Shown here in pieces: positions 49,201-61,000 of a DNA stretch of 64,000 nt. The notes under the pieces are model-generated. The model was not told the DNA's origin. It searched no databases and worked only from the letters and a program-made list of their open reading frames with translations. The position numbers were made by a program, and so were the translations under genes. The DNA lies in NCBI GenBank assembly GCA_035084275.1, contig CM068750.1, forward strand, positions 5,518,001-5,582,000, written 5' to 3'. Source of the DNA: Hydrolagus colliei. Taxonomy: Eukaryota. Position 1 is the first letter of the stretch, and each line of letters begins with the position of its first letter.

Positions 49201-52200
49201 TTCATCGTAAGAAAGGTTAATTTTATTGCAACCTTTCCGGAGTTCATTTTGCTGCGATGCAGGTGCAGAACTTCCTCTATATAACAAGCCCTGGGGCATT
49301 CTCTTTACAGGAGAGTTACAGCGCAGCCCTGTGTTTGGCAGCTCCCTTTGCTCACCGGCGAGAAAAAACAACAACAAAAATCACACCCTAAGACTCTTCA
49401 GGGTCAAGTGCCACCAGAACAATTCAGTGGCTGTTGATGAAACCCGAGGTTAAAAAAAAATCCGCAATAAAAGCATTAACATCTGGTGTCTGACAAGACT
49501 GAGTCAATCAGTAAAAGGCGAAAGAAAAAAACACTGAAAGCTTATGAGGGATATTAGGATAAGGAAGTAAGACACATCTGCTTTCTTCTTAATCATTAAC
49601 ATATTTGATTTTTTTCCCCCTGTTATTAATGTGACTGCCCTGGCCGTGTCACTAAACTCTCCATTATACCTATTCAGAAATAATCCTGTCTTTAGTTCAT
49701 AGCAAGAGGGTAAAACAGGATTAGGTCGTGCCCCTAAAGAGAGAGTAATTTAGCAGTTTCAAAGTAATAGGAACTAATTTACATGAAAGCTGAATGCAGG
49801 GGTATAAAAGGTTGAGCATATCTATATGCTTGAAACATTGGAGAGATAAGAGACCCTGTCCTTAATGAGACATGATAACAGTAGACAGTGGTTGGGTTTA
49901 CCCCAAAGACTCCAGATTAACACAAATCTCAGAGTGTCTTTAATATTGGCAAGAGTTTGAGGGGCTTGCAACAGAGGGTGGAAATGCTAAGCAGACTGGG
50001 ACCATCTGTCAGCCCATGGAGGTGAAAATGCGCATGATTGAGTGACACCTGCTTGTCAAGTGCGACCTGCTGGGAAATCGATGCTTGGTTCACAGAGTCC
50101 CGAACAACATTACCTGCATTTGAATCAGATGGGGAGACCCCAGCAAACCACTCTCCACGCTCAAATATTCATATAATGCAAGACCATTATATGCTGCTGC
50201 ATTTAGAGTCATTACAGCATTTGATGACCATCTTGGAAATTATAGCTATTCATGTGTAAACAATCCTGCAATAAAAAGGGAACTGATTTGATGGCATAAA
50301 CAGACTGATTCTGTGAATGTGGTTAGAGGTTTATTCCCCTCCCTTTATCCTCCCTTTATTTATCTTCACTGTTTTTAAGCTAGTTAACTAACGGGCAATT
50401 TGCCAATGATCGGAAGCACAATCTGAATTTACATACTGCTATTCCAGTAAATCATATTTTCTATGGGTAGATTAGTGCTGAAACCCCCCCTAGTTTCAAT
50501 ACACCCCAGTTTATTTTAGCACAGTATAATATCACTTGGCAATCTGCCTTCTGAGAACGCGGGTTTGATTTTTTTCTGTGGGTCTTGTTGATTCAAAGAT
50601 TCAGAAAATGATAAAGTCAGGCCAAGTGACATTGTGCAATTGGAGGAATTCAGGGAAATCCACTTGTATATAGGGCTCAAGTAACCATTATTCACAGATG
50701 TAGTGTCCCCCAATAAAATTGGCTATTCACTTCATGGCAATGTGTCGGACACTGTTATACACAAATTCACTACCATGTTAGCCTAAACATACTCGGTCAC
50801 TGCATTTTATGGTAAGATCCTGCGAAGCACTTCTTGATGATATGAAACAAACACAAGGATCGTTATAATAGTTTGTGTCTTGACTCTTGAGTGACCTATG
50901 GAGGCTTTTTTTGACCCCGGAGGGAGGGAGAGGGAGAGATGGAAGAGAATAGAGATTGAGAACTGACCCAACACTGTCCTAATCCGATATACACATACAC
51001 ACATGTATTCCAGCATGAGGATCTTGATAGAAATCTTACTGGTTTTCCCCTCCTCAATCAACAGACAGGGAGACCAGCTGTAATCTGGGACGTAGATACA
51101 GTAATGGTAAAACCACTGCAGACATCAGAGGAGATAAATTAAAATCCTCAAAACGAATCTTAATCAGTTAAAAACACAACATTTCCCATTATGCAGGCTA
51201 AAAATAATGGAAGTCCAAATATCACACAAGTCTCTTTCCTTCTAACCTTTTCAGGAGACAATCAATAAATAATTAGCATCTTTTTTATCAATAATTAATG
51301 TTACAGTCGCACAACGCATATTTCCAGCCAAATTACTTTGGTCCTCTTCTGAAAATGTGTGACAAAGACGAACAATCCAGCAAGGCACTCAAGTGCCAGG
51401 GGTTTGTGGCCAGTTAAGAACATTACGAAGGTTACAGAGATCGGTCTCGCTAAATAATCTGCAGCTGGCTATCTGAGGGTGGGAGGGTAAGCAAGGGAGC
51501 ATGGCCATGAATTTTAATGACGAGCTGAAGCAAACGAGTTGGAGTTGCAGTACAATTAGAGGGATGGTAGAATATGTGTTGTGTCTAAATGAGGGACATG
51601 ATCTTCTCTTGACTCTCAGCATGCTACGAGTCCATCCTCCAAAGACCCTAATGAGGGAGGTGCATTGTACCAGAGCAGACCATTCAAAATGGATTGACAG
51701 CATAATAGGGGGGAAAGAACTAACTGGTTAAACAAGCACTTGTCTTCCAAATACAATTTTGAATGGCTTCAAACAAAGAATTGGCAGTTCCTGCAATTTT
51801 TCTAAGTATTATCCGATTTCAGTCCTTTACCTAAATCTATAAAAACAACACGGTTATCTTGGTATAATACAATTTAAAAAAAACTCTCTTGTGAATACAA
51901 GCCAGTTCTTGGCTTGTTGATTTCACTTGGATACACAAGGTATTTTTGAAGCAATTTTGTGCTGAGATTCTGTCTCATGAACACCCATTCAAGATTCAAC
52001 CATTAATGATTATTTAATTGAACGGGTGAAATATGTGACAATATAATCATGCTCTACACTATAATTAACACATCCACTTGATTTTTAATAAAGGATATCC
52101 AACGTGCTTTATAGCAGAGTAGAACAGAAACATTTTGATATTTGGGGGGAAACAAAATATGCAGAAAGAGTTAATTCAATCATGATCAAATTGACACAAA

Positions 52201-54656
52201 GTGCATTTTATACACAGTAGATATGAATTGATCTGAGCTTAGAGGCACACAACTTGTGCATGGATAAGTAAGGTTACATGATATATTTCTATTGACACAG
52301 TAGAGGTCATAGAACATCGGGTTTCTCCAAAAACACGTTTTGCGTCTGGATAATGTTACAGTGCTCAAGAACACGGTTTGTCATAATTCGCAAGATCCAG
52401 AGCATGTTATATTCAGCGGGTGCTTTGCAATATGTGGGACCTACATTATTTATTCCAAACACTCAGTAGTCTCCTGCTTGGCAATAGTCTCATTTCTGCA
52501 GATTGAGGCCATTGTTTGGGACCTGCTTACTCAGAAGGTCAATGGCTGCATCACATGGATGGTTTGCAATGACTACACAATACTCTCATGCGAAAATAAG
52601 AGGGCAACACACTGGAAATAATAGCACATTGCTTTTAATGTTTGAGGGGATAGAATTGCATGTAAATGGTTAATTGTTATCCTATTAATTTCGACAACTG
52701 TCGATGTTCCAAGTTTAGCCTTAATTTGTTTGCTCTGTTTCTTCATTTCTATGACCTACATCTTCTCCATAGATAGTTGTGTTTCAGTGCAGGTTTCCAT
52801 ATTACATTTATGTTCATGATGCTCTTTTCAAAAGGTCTCCTAGTGCTACAATATTAATGTTTGATAACTTCTCAAAATAGGTCAGTAAGCATTCGGGTTG
52901 GTATCTGTAAAATAAACAATATGGTCACCATGTGAAGTACATCTCACTAATGCACGATGATATATTCAATAATTCTGTCGTAGAATATTTGCAATTTGCT
53001 CCGTAAAAACCATTTGGAAGCCGTGTCAGACAGTGATTCCTGAACAAAAACCTCCTTTGCCTTACAAGTCACCAGCTTTTGCTGGGTTGATGAATAGCTG
53101 CAACACGAGTCCCGGGTCCAAAATTGAAAAGAAATCCTGTTTTATTATCAGAAACAAATCTAGTGAGCAGATAGCATATGTTGTGCTTTGGACCCCATGC
53201 TGCTAGTCAGAAGGAAGTGGTCTCACACCAATCAGTAACTTCAAACAATACGAAGCAACCACCTGGGACAAAGACTTTACCATTAGTCTTGACTGGAAAA
53301 CCCTCTGATGTCAGCAGACAGCCCAAAGCAGCACAGGCACCGACCGACAAATTGTCACAAAGGAGGGAGGATAAGAGCGATCAATGTCACACTCATTGAT
53401 TTTCAAATTCTTTCAAAACACTCGCGGAATGAAATTATCTCTTGGCTTGTATTTGAAATGTGTCAGTCGCCTCAACGTATAACCACAAAATATGTCAGTA
53501 CCTGGCGTCTGGGCAAGATATTTGAACGGAATGGAGGTTAAAACGAGCGACTGCTACTAAGGCGTGCGTTACTTCAGTTCAGAACAGAAATATTTCCTCA
53601 CATCCCATGACACTGCTAATAACTGCATATTTTCTGGGAAATTACACTCCAGCCAGCAGGAAAATATTGATTCTTGACTGGCAACCAGGAATAAATTTGC
53701 AATGCTTATTAGTATTGATGTGGGAGAGAGAAGGGCTGTTGGAAAGGAACAATTCAAGTGATATTATATGGCTATTGTGACCTAAGCTAATCAAATGTTG
53801 TGATTATTATGAAAGTTATTAGTAATTGCCATTCAACGTAATTTAAGAATTATTTAAGAATAATGTATTTATTATGTAAACATTTCACATAAGCCAATCA
53901 TTCTTGCATTCAAATCTGGCTGTGAATTTCAAAATTTGCTATACATGCTAGGATATCAGTTTGGTGTTTCTGTGGAGAGACCAACTCATTCAGCTTAATA
54001 ACAATAATCATAATAATCTTTACATATGATCTAATGTCTTTCACGCTGGAAGGCCATCTCAAAATGCTTCACATGATATAAAGTGCAGTGACTGGGTTCT
54101 TTTTAAGTGAACATCTATAATACTACATTGTAAGCTCCTATATCATTATCTAATGATATTTCATTTATGATTTTGCCTTTACTTATGATTACATACTTTT
54201 TTGCTAAGCATTTAACGGTTTAAAGTTGGTTCAAGCGCCTGAAAGATTTTGTTCTAAGAGTAAGGTTCAAAACTATGATTCGATAAAGAAGGTCAATTAT
54301 TCTACATGACTATGCAATCAATGCTCCGTCAAGCAAAGAAAATGCTTTTTAATGTTGAGATTAATTATTGATCAAAGTGCCTTGCTTCCAATTGTTCCAT
54401 CACGTTTGTTGACACAAAGGCCATATTGAATTTTATATCATACTGTGAGCAAACTGTGTCTCTCCAGGCAGCAGAGGGACCCAATTTATCATTATCTAGG
54501 CAAAGATGATACTATTAGCTGAAGACCTTATTGACCGTCTTTTGCAGTGAAATGCTGTGGATGCAATTTACAAGTGCATCCACTTATGTATCTGTCTTTT
54601 GTCTAATTTTTTACACTTAATACATCCCTCTTAATTTTGTATGGGAAAAATCTTGT

Positions 54657-54954
54657 GGAGTCCTGTAGCTCAGTGGTTAAAGCACTCGCCTCGCAAACGA
54701 GAGACCTGGGTTTGATTCCAGCAGGTCAAAACCTTGGGAAAGTTTCCTTACTCTACATGCCTGATAATAATCCCTCCAGAAAAAAAACAGTAATATATTA
54801 GTCACTTCAATCCATGACTGTTTGTGGGACACTGCTGTGCTGCTGTGATTTCACCCACAAATATATAGTCAATTAGTTTTACAGTATATTCTGTGAAGCT
54901 CTTTGAGACATCTAAAAGATGTGCTATATCAAATGCAAGGATTATTATTATTAT
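54657..54954 (+). mobile_element. Full-length tRNA-derived SINE with L2-type tail
   Basis: Head GGAGTCCTGTAGCTCAGTGGTTAAAGCACTCGCC...GGTTTGATTCC with A/B boxes, the shared body, and a (TTA)n tail. Confidence 0.92.
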
Positions 54955-55611
54955 CCCTATTATATACTTTGTTATTATCTCATGATATTTCTCTAGTATA
55001 TATGGATCTCTACTATGTAGCACATCAGACTACTTACATTTACATACATCCCTATTGTATTATCTTTTAATGTTACTCAGAGGTACTTATGTCATGTTGC
55101 GATTATAGCAGAAAGGCTTTCTCTGGGTAAAGTCGCAGCATTGAGTGAGAGCAAATAATGCTGACTAATTCCTTTTTTAAAAAAAATTCTCTTTCGATAT
55201 TTAATGAAATGCTTCCTGAAATAATTGCTCCAGCAGGCATAGTGATGTGCGTGTTGGCTGGCCAAGAGGAAGGTTATGTGGTCCTTTTTATGCCGGATTA
55301 AGTGATTAATTGGGTTTCCCCAGTTTGTGAGTTACATTACCCATCTTTCTAAGACTCTTCGGATTGGTCGGGGGGTCATATAACAATTTATGATGTGTAC
55401 ATAATACCAGCGACAACCATTATTTTGTTGAACAGTTTTATTGCATAATTGAAGAATAGGGACATTCGAGTAGCTTTAGTATGGTAGCTGTGTATACAAA
55501 ACCATGGATACACAATCCCTGCTTTAGTCGTGGCATCCCCCTTGCCTGCACACATTCGCTCCCCAGTTCTCCATTCCACCGGCTTCGTCAAACCATTCCC
55601 ATTCTTATCTG

Positions 55612-55765
55612 CTACAATTTCTGTGAGCTAATTGGCTACCCTACCTTGTTTACCCACAAAGGCACACAGTCATTACACATTACAATAAATTATGTCAAGC
55701 GCTTTGAGGCATCCTCCTGACATGAAAAGGCGCTATATCAAATGCAAGGAATATTATAATTATTT
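55612..55765 (+). mobile_element. SINE/L2 3' tail
   Basis: AATTGGCT...AAGCGCTTTGAGGCATCCTCCTGACATGAAAAGGCGCTATATCAAATGCAAGGAATATTAT. Confidence 0.75.
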
Positions 55766-55794
55766 TTGCTGCTCCTTCAATTGTAAGATTGGGA

Positions 55795-56210
55795 AAATCA
55801 ATCAAAAAATCAATCAAAGCTTACATTTATATAGCGCCTTTCATGTCGAGAGGACGTCCCAAGGTACTGTACGGTTAGGTAGGGACAAGAGCAGGGGTGG
55901 GAGAGGGTCGGGGCAGGATGAAGAAGAGTAGGAAAATTGACTGTAAATTTGTGAGCGAAATGTGGCAGCCAAATTGCGCACAGCAGTATCCCACAAACAG
56001 TCATAGAAGTGGGATTAAGGGAAAAAGGGGGGAAAGATGGCAAGGGGAGGGATCGGGGTAGGGGGATAGCGGGAAGGAGAGCAGGAAAGCCGACTGTATA
56101 TTTGTGGGCGAAGCGCGGCAGCCAAATTGCGCACAGCAGTGTCCCACAAACAGTCACGGAATTAGGGCCAGGAGAGAATGGGGGAAAAGAAGGAAAAGAA
56201 GGAAAAGAAT
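55795..56210 (-). mobile_element. L2-type 3' UTR with a tandemly duplicated conserved box and (TGAT)n-like tail
   Basis: Two copies of GACTGTA.ATTTGTG.GCGAA...GGCAGCCAAATTGCGCACAGCAGT.TCCCACAAACAGTCA start near 55931 and 56084 (period ~153 bp), separated by purine-rich spacers. The terminal stem-loop is at ~55833-55866. Confidence 0.85.
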
Positions 56211-57930
56211 TAGTTGCACACAAGGCAACATGTGTCTGTATTCACGCATTAAATAAAAAAAAACATACTCAGACACAAGATTTTTTTCAAAAGCTGCTGT
56301 GTTAAGAATATACAGTATTCAAATTCATGCAATGTACTTTTGGAATATAGTATTGCACTAAGATTATGTTACCAGAATCATATACTGTACTACTTGCACG
56401 TACATACTTATCCATTTGGCTACATTTGATACTAAATCTCCTGGATGAGGAGATAAATTCTACTACCCAGTTCACAAGTTACCATTAGTACAGTATTTCA
56501 ATCATTCACCTGTTGAATCTACAGTGATTACAATGATATTGTTGTAGTTAAATCCCCCAAACTCTGAATTCATAAGAATATAGACATGAACAATAGTGAA
56601 ACTTTCAAGTGGTTGCTCAGAAGAACGAAATGAAATTCCCAGAAGATTAGCAACAAATTTGTTCATTTGATGATAAAAGCTGAAGGAAATGCATTATTGA
56701 TCCACTATTTGACTAGCATCATGCTGGGATTGTGATGTATAAATGCTCACTAAGAGAACTGAGAACTACTAAAGACAAAGGTTTGAAAAAAAATGCTACC
56801 TTTATAAAGTAACATAAATTCAATTATATTGACACATGAAACCTGACATTAAAAATGTGTAAGTGTGTAGTCTCCTTGTGGCTTTAAACCACTCACACAC
56901 AGGAAGCAAGGATTTGTTGGATCAAAGCATACTAGCTCTATTTGTGGCTCTATTGTTAGATTGTGATAGATTGTGATCCAAAGGTTACTTGGAGATAAAA
57001 TGAAACATTGTCAGCATGGCATTGCGGTTCACATTGTCACTTTATACCGCTGTCCTGGATTACTAAATCGCCTTGGTGTTTGCACTTCAGCGTGATTGGA
57101 CTTATCATCTGAATTCCCTCAATAACCTTCCTTCTTCTGACTGAGAATTACTATTCTAAGAGTGAGTGCAGGGAGCGCCATTGCCAATCGATGACTACTT
57201 AGAGAGAATGTATGAGAAACGGCCATAGAATTGGATTGCAGAACAAGAGCAAAATGGCACGATTACTATATACAGAATAAGGCACAATTTTAGATGGGAC
57301 AGATCGATGCACACAATCTGCCTGTATTTAAGGAGATGTTGTTAATGGGCATTGCCACTGTAATACATGAAAAACATGGAAAGGGACAATCATGGCCTCT
57401 ACTCCACCTATTTAATTTCCCAAGGGAAAGTTCTACATAAATACTCCCTGATCCCCAAAGGTAATCAGTAGTGTGGTTTCCTGAAAGCTATTTGACCATG
57501 TTTGTACACATAGGAATGTACCAGGAAATCGCTGTCACTTATCCTATCTGCTGCTATAAATTATTTTTCATGATAAAAAATAAACTCTGAAAGCTCCACC
57601 ACAAAAGGTCACATTGCAGTTGGCTATGCCATTTGCTGCACATTTCTCCAGCAGTGAATGTCTGGACTGAATAAAACTAAGCATCGTCTGGTGTGGAGGG
57701 CGCTATATAAATCAAAGTTGTTGTTGTCGTTGAATGTCTGAGCATTCTGTTGCTGGCTGCTCTGGGAACTGAATCTAACCAAAAGTACCTCAGTGCAATT
57801 ATATTGTTCCTTTAAGATATTAATGCGTGATTGATTCATCTGAAATAGAATTCACCGGTCTGCTTGCTCATCAGTGAAATCCCAAATTTTGAGGACGTTA
57901 CATGTAATATTTGGAGTTTATCAACCGGAT

Positions 57931-58057
57931 TACCACCCCCCTACCCCGTACCCTCCGCAACTTCGACCCCCAACTTGGGTCCAAAATACTGTCTGTCCAG
58001 CACCTTGGTACATCCTCCCAACATGAAAGGCAATATACAAATGTAATATTGTTGTTT
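57931..58057 (+). mobile_element. L2-type 3' end
   Basis: C-rich stretch, then CAGCACCTTGGTACATCCTCCCAACATGAAAGGCAATATACAAATGTAATATTGTTG. Confidence 0.7.
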
Positions 58058-61000
58058 ATTGCACTGTTAGTGGTTCACAGATCTCAACTTATTACTATCA
58101 GAACCATTTCCAATGTTGCCGCGTGGGTCCCTGATCTGTAGGTGTGGCTCATTAGTTTATAAGGCTGTTAATTTTTGTAGAGTTACTACACAGATTGCTA
58201 GTCTTTAATATGACTGTTTGGGCTCCCAGCCTGAATGTATACTTACCATGCAGTCATAATGTTACTGTGCAGCTCATTTTATAACTGTACGTACAGGCTC
58301 CTAGTATGTAATGCCATCGCTTGAGCCAATCCACCTTCCATTAACTAAGAGTTATTTCCTTTCTTCCCAGATGCTGTTTTTTGCTCAAGCTTGTTTATTT
58401 TGATCATGAACCTATGTTCCTGTCTTATCGTTATGCCCTCAGTCATGTTTCTCGGGCTAATTTCATACCCTGTCTTCCATGCTGCTTGAATTTTGGGACG
58501 TGATCTGATGGGAGCAATTTCTATTATACTCCCAGACTAAGACCTCAGGGATACTGATCAAATACTGTACATAGCACAGGACCAAAGTTCACCTCTGTGT
58601 AACATCAGATGTCACGCAAGTCACACTAAATAACAAACCAATGTCTGTTGTCCAAGCTTACTGTTGAGGCAAGTACACCAGTATTCACAGCACAAAAACT
58701 TACAAGTCAGAATGGTAATGAATTATACAAAAAAAACTTGTAATACACCTAACATAATACACACAAGACTGTGTCACAGTTGAACTATGCAACAAAGTCT
58801 AACAAAGCACTTTGTTTTCCATCATCTAGAATTGAAGTGCAACCTCTATTGAACTCACAGTGAATTAATACCAATACTTCATCCAACAAGTATTTCAATA
58901 CAAGAACTTCTGGAAGTGGGAGTGTAATTCAAGCCATAATGAGTTTTACAGATTATATGGAACTCTTTCTAATATACACAATTATCTGAGCAAATAGAGA
59001 AACTATGAAACTTCTATCTCAAAACTAAAAGTATTCGAACAAACACTGTTGATGTCAATCTAATATATTAACATATAAATTGTTATAAATTTCTCCTAAT
59101 AAAAACTCTCTACTCTCACTTGAAATTTGTTGAATTTATACTCAGTACTTGAACCCACTAAAGTGATTATTGTTTTAATTTGTGTGCCTGAATAGCAATT
59201 AAGAGCAGAATGCCAAACTGAAATACTTTCAAACCATCACATTGCAGCACTGCCCTATAGCTAATCACTATAGATAGTTGACCCCTTCATTTATGGTCCT
59301 ACAGTCTGACTGCCCATTTGGCACAGTCATTTTGCTGCTTGGTGATTGCTTCCGACAGGTTAACATTCTTCAGGACCAGCAATTAAATGTCCACAGACAG
59401 GTATGGGCTGTTCAACATTGCAGCTTAAACTGCGAAGTAGTTGTCAGGTTATCTCGATTGTCTGAAGAGATTTACTCAGTCAATCAACCAGCAAACTGAG
59501 CACTGAACTAATCAATCAATAAATCATGTGTTCCTATTGGAATGTTTAATTGGTGGCATGTTAATTCTGTCTGTCTGCAAGTGGACTAAGATCTCACTAT
59601 ATTGCAAATGCCCCAAATCACCCACCAAATCACCCATTTTTATGGGTCTAACCTTCGATATAAAATAAATTAAACTTGATTTTTCAACACATGCATCATA
59701 TCGAAATATTATATCGCACAGTATTGAAAATGCCAGCCATCTTAAACTTTAACATTGTATCACAAATGTGCAGTATGTTTTCAGATTTATTACCATTTCA
59801 TTAAAAGCAGACCCAGTGGAGGAAAAGCTTTGGTTGGAATAATTCATTCCATTTAGGTCTTAACAAGGCTTCGGCCATCACTTGTCACCCTAAGGACAGC
59901 CCTTAACTACTCTCTGCAGACAGATGAGCACCACACTTTAACGACTGTCCTCCCAGCCGTACATTTGTCATAACAAAGAAAAAAAGTTCCACTGACTTTT
60001 CCCCTCACAGAAAGAGCTTTATTCCAGTTGCCAGCTGCCTGAAACAAATGCTTCAAAGATATCAAACTGACACTACTCTGCTCGAAAAGCTTCTTCGTTT
60101 AGATAGGAGAGAGGACTGGGTTCCAGATCGCTATGTGATGGCCATGATGGAGCATTCAATAATAATTCTTGCAAGGTGGGAGTGTGAAATGAGTTTGAAT
60201 TTGTAATATAATAACAATCATCTCGAAATTAGCAAAATCTTATATTTGTCTTTAACAGTGTGCAAATGTTAATCTTTCCCTCCAAGCGAGAATGGTTACC
60301 AGGAGTGTGGGGACTGTGTAAGGTAAATCTGATCACCGCTAAGTTCCGTGTGATAGCCAACCTCATGGTAGTGCCCTATCGTTCATACTAAGGTCACCCT
60401 ACAGCCATACAAATACAATATTCACAGTGAATGTTTTGACTGTTATCTGAGGACAATGTTGTTCGTTTTATGCACAGAGGCATTGTGTTTCTTCATAAAA
60501 TGAGCATTTAACTTAAACGGAGGTCACTGGTCATGTAGAGTTCAAAAGAGGAATTTAAAAAAATTGGCTGGTGAACTGGCTGTGCCATGTTGATAACAGG
60601 ATGTTATCGGCCCAAATAAACCACTACTTTTGTCTACACAACAACATTCGCTTAATTTTTAGTTAATCTCACTTTGTAAAGCCCTTTCAGATGTTTCTTT
60701 TACATGGAAGGTGCTACCTAAATGCATCCTTTTGTTGTATGACAATTTTACAACAATAAAAATGCCAGTTTGATTTGCACTTGCTTGTATGAATTAATAT
60801 GACCAGCAGCCTGGTTTTACAACCAGCGTGTCTTTAAAATGTGCTGCCCCCTCAGGTCCTAAAATATAATGTTGATACCACAAGTGCTGGTTTTAAAAGA
60901 GATGCTTATTCCCTTACTCACTGCTGTATCTTATGATATGGAGGCATCAGGTTTAAAGTTTGAAGAATTGTCACTGTTGTCAGAGAAGCTAAGCCCTGAT

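Noticed and set aside
49057-49377. 106-aa minus ORF with a hydrophobic, TM-like segment
   Set aside because: Non-ATG start and no similarity to proteins I recognise, including expected syntenic neighbours. Hydrophobic runs arise by chance in AT-rich DNA.
55810-56305. 137-aa and 98-aa ORFs with internal repeats
   Set aside because: By-products of the duplicated L2 3' UTR box and low-complexity spacers.
60841-60860. CTCF-like motif (reverse strand ...GAGGGGGCAGCAC)
   Set aside because: Matches only the 3' half of the consensus, with several mismatches in the CCASYAG half.
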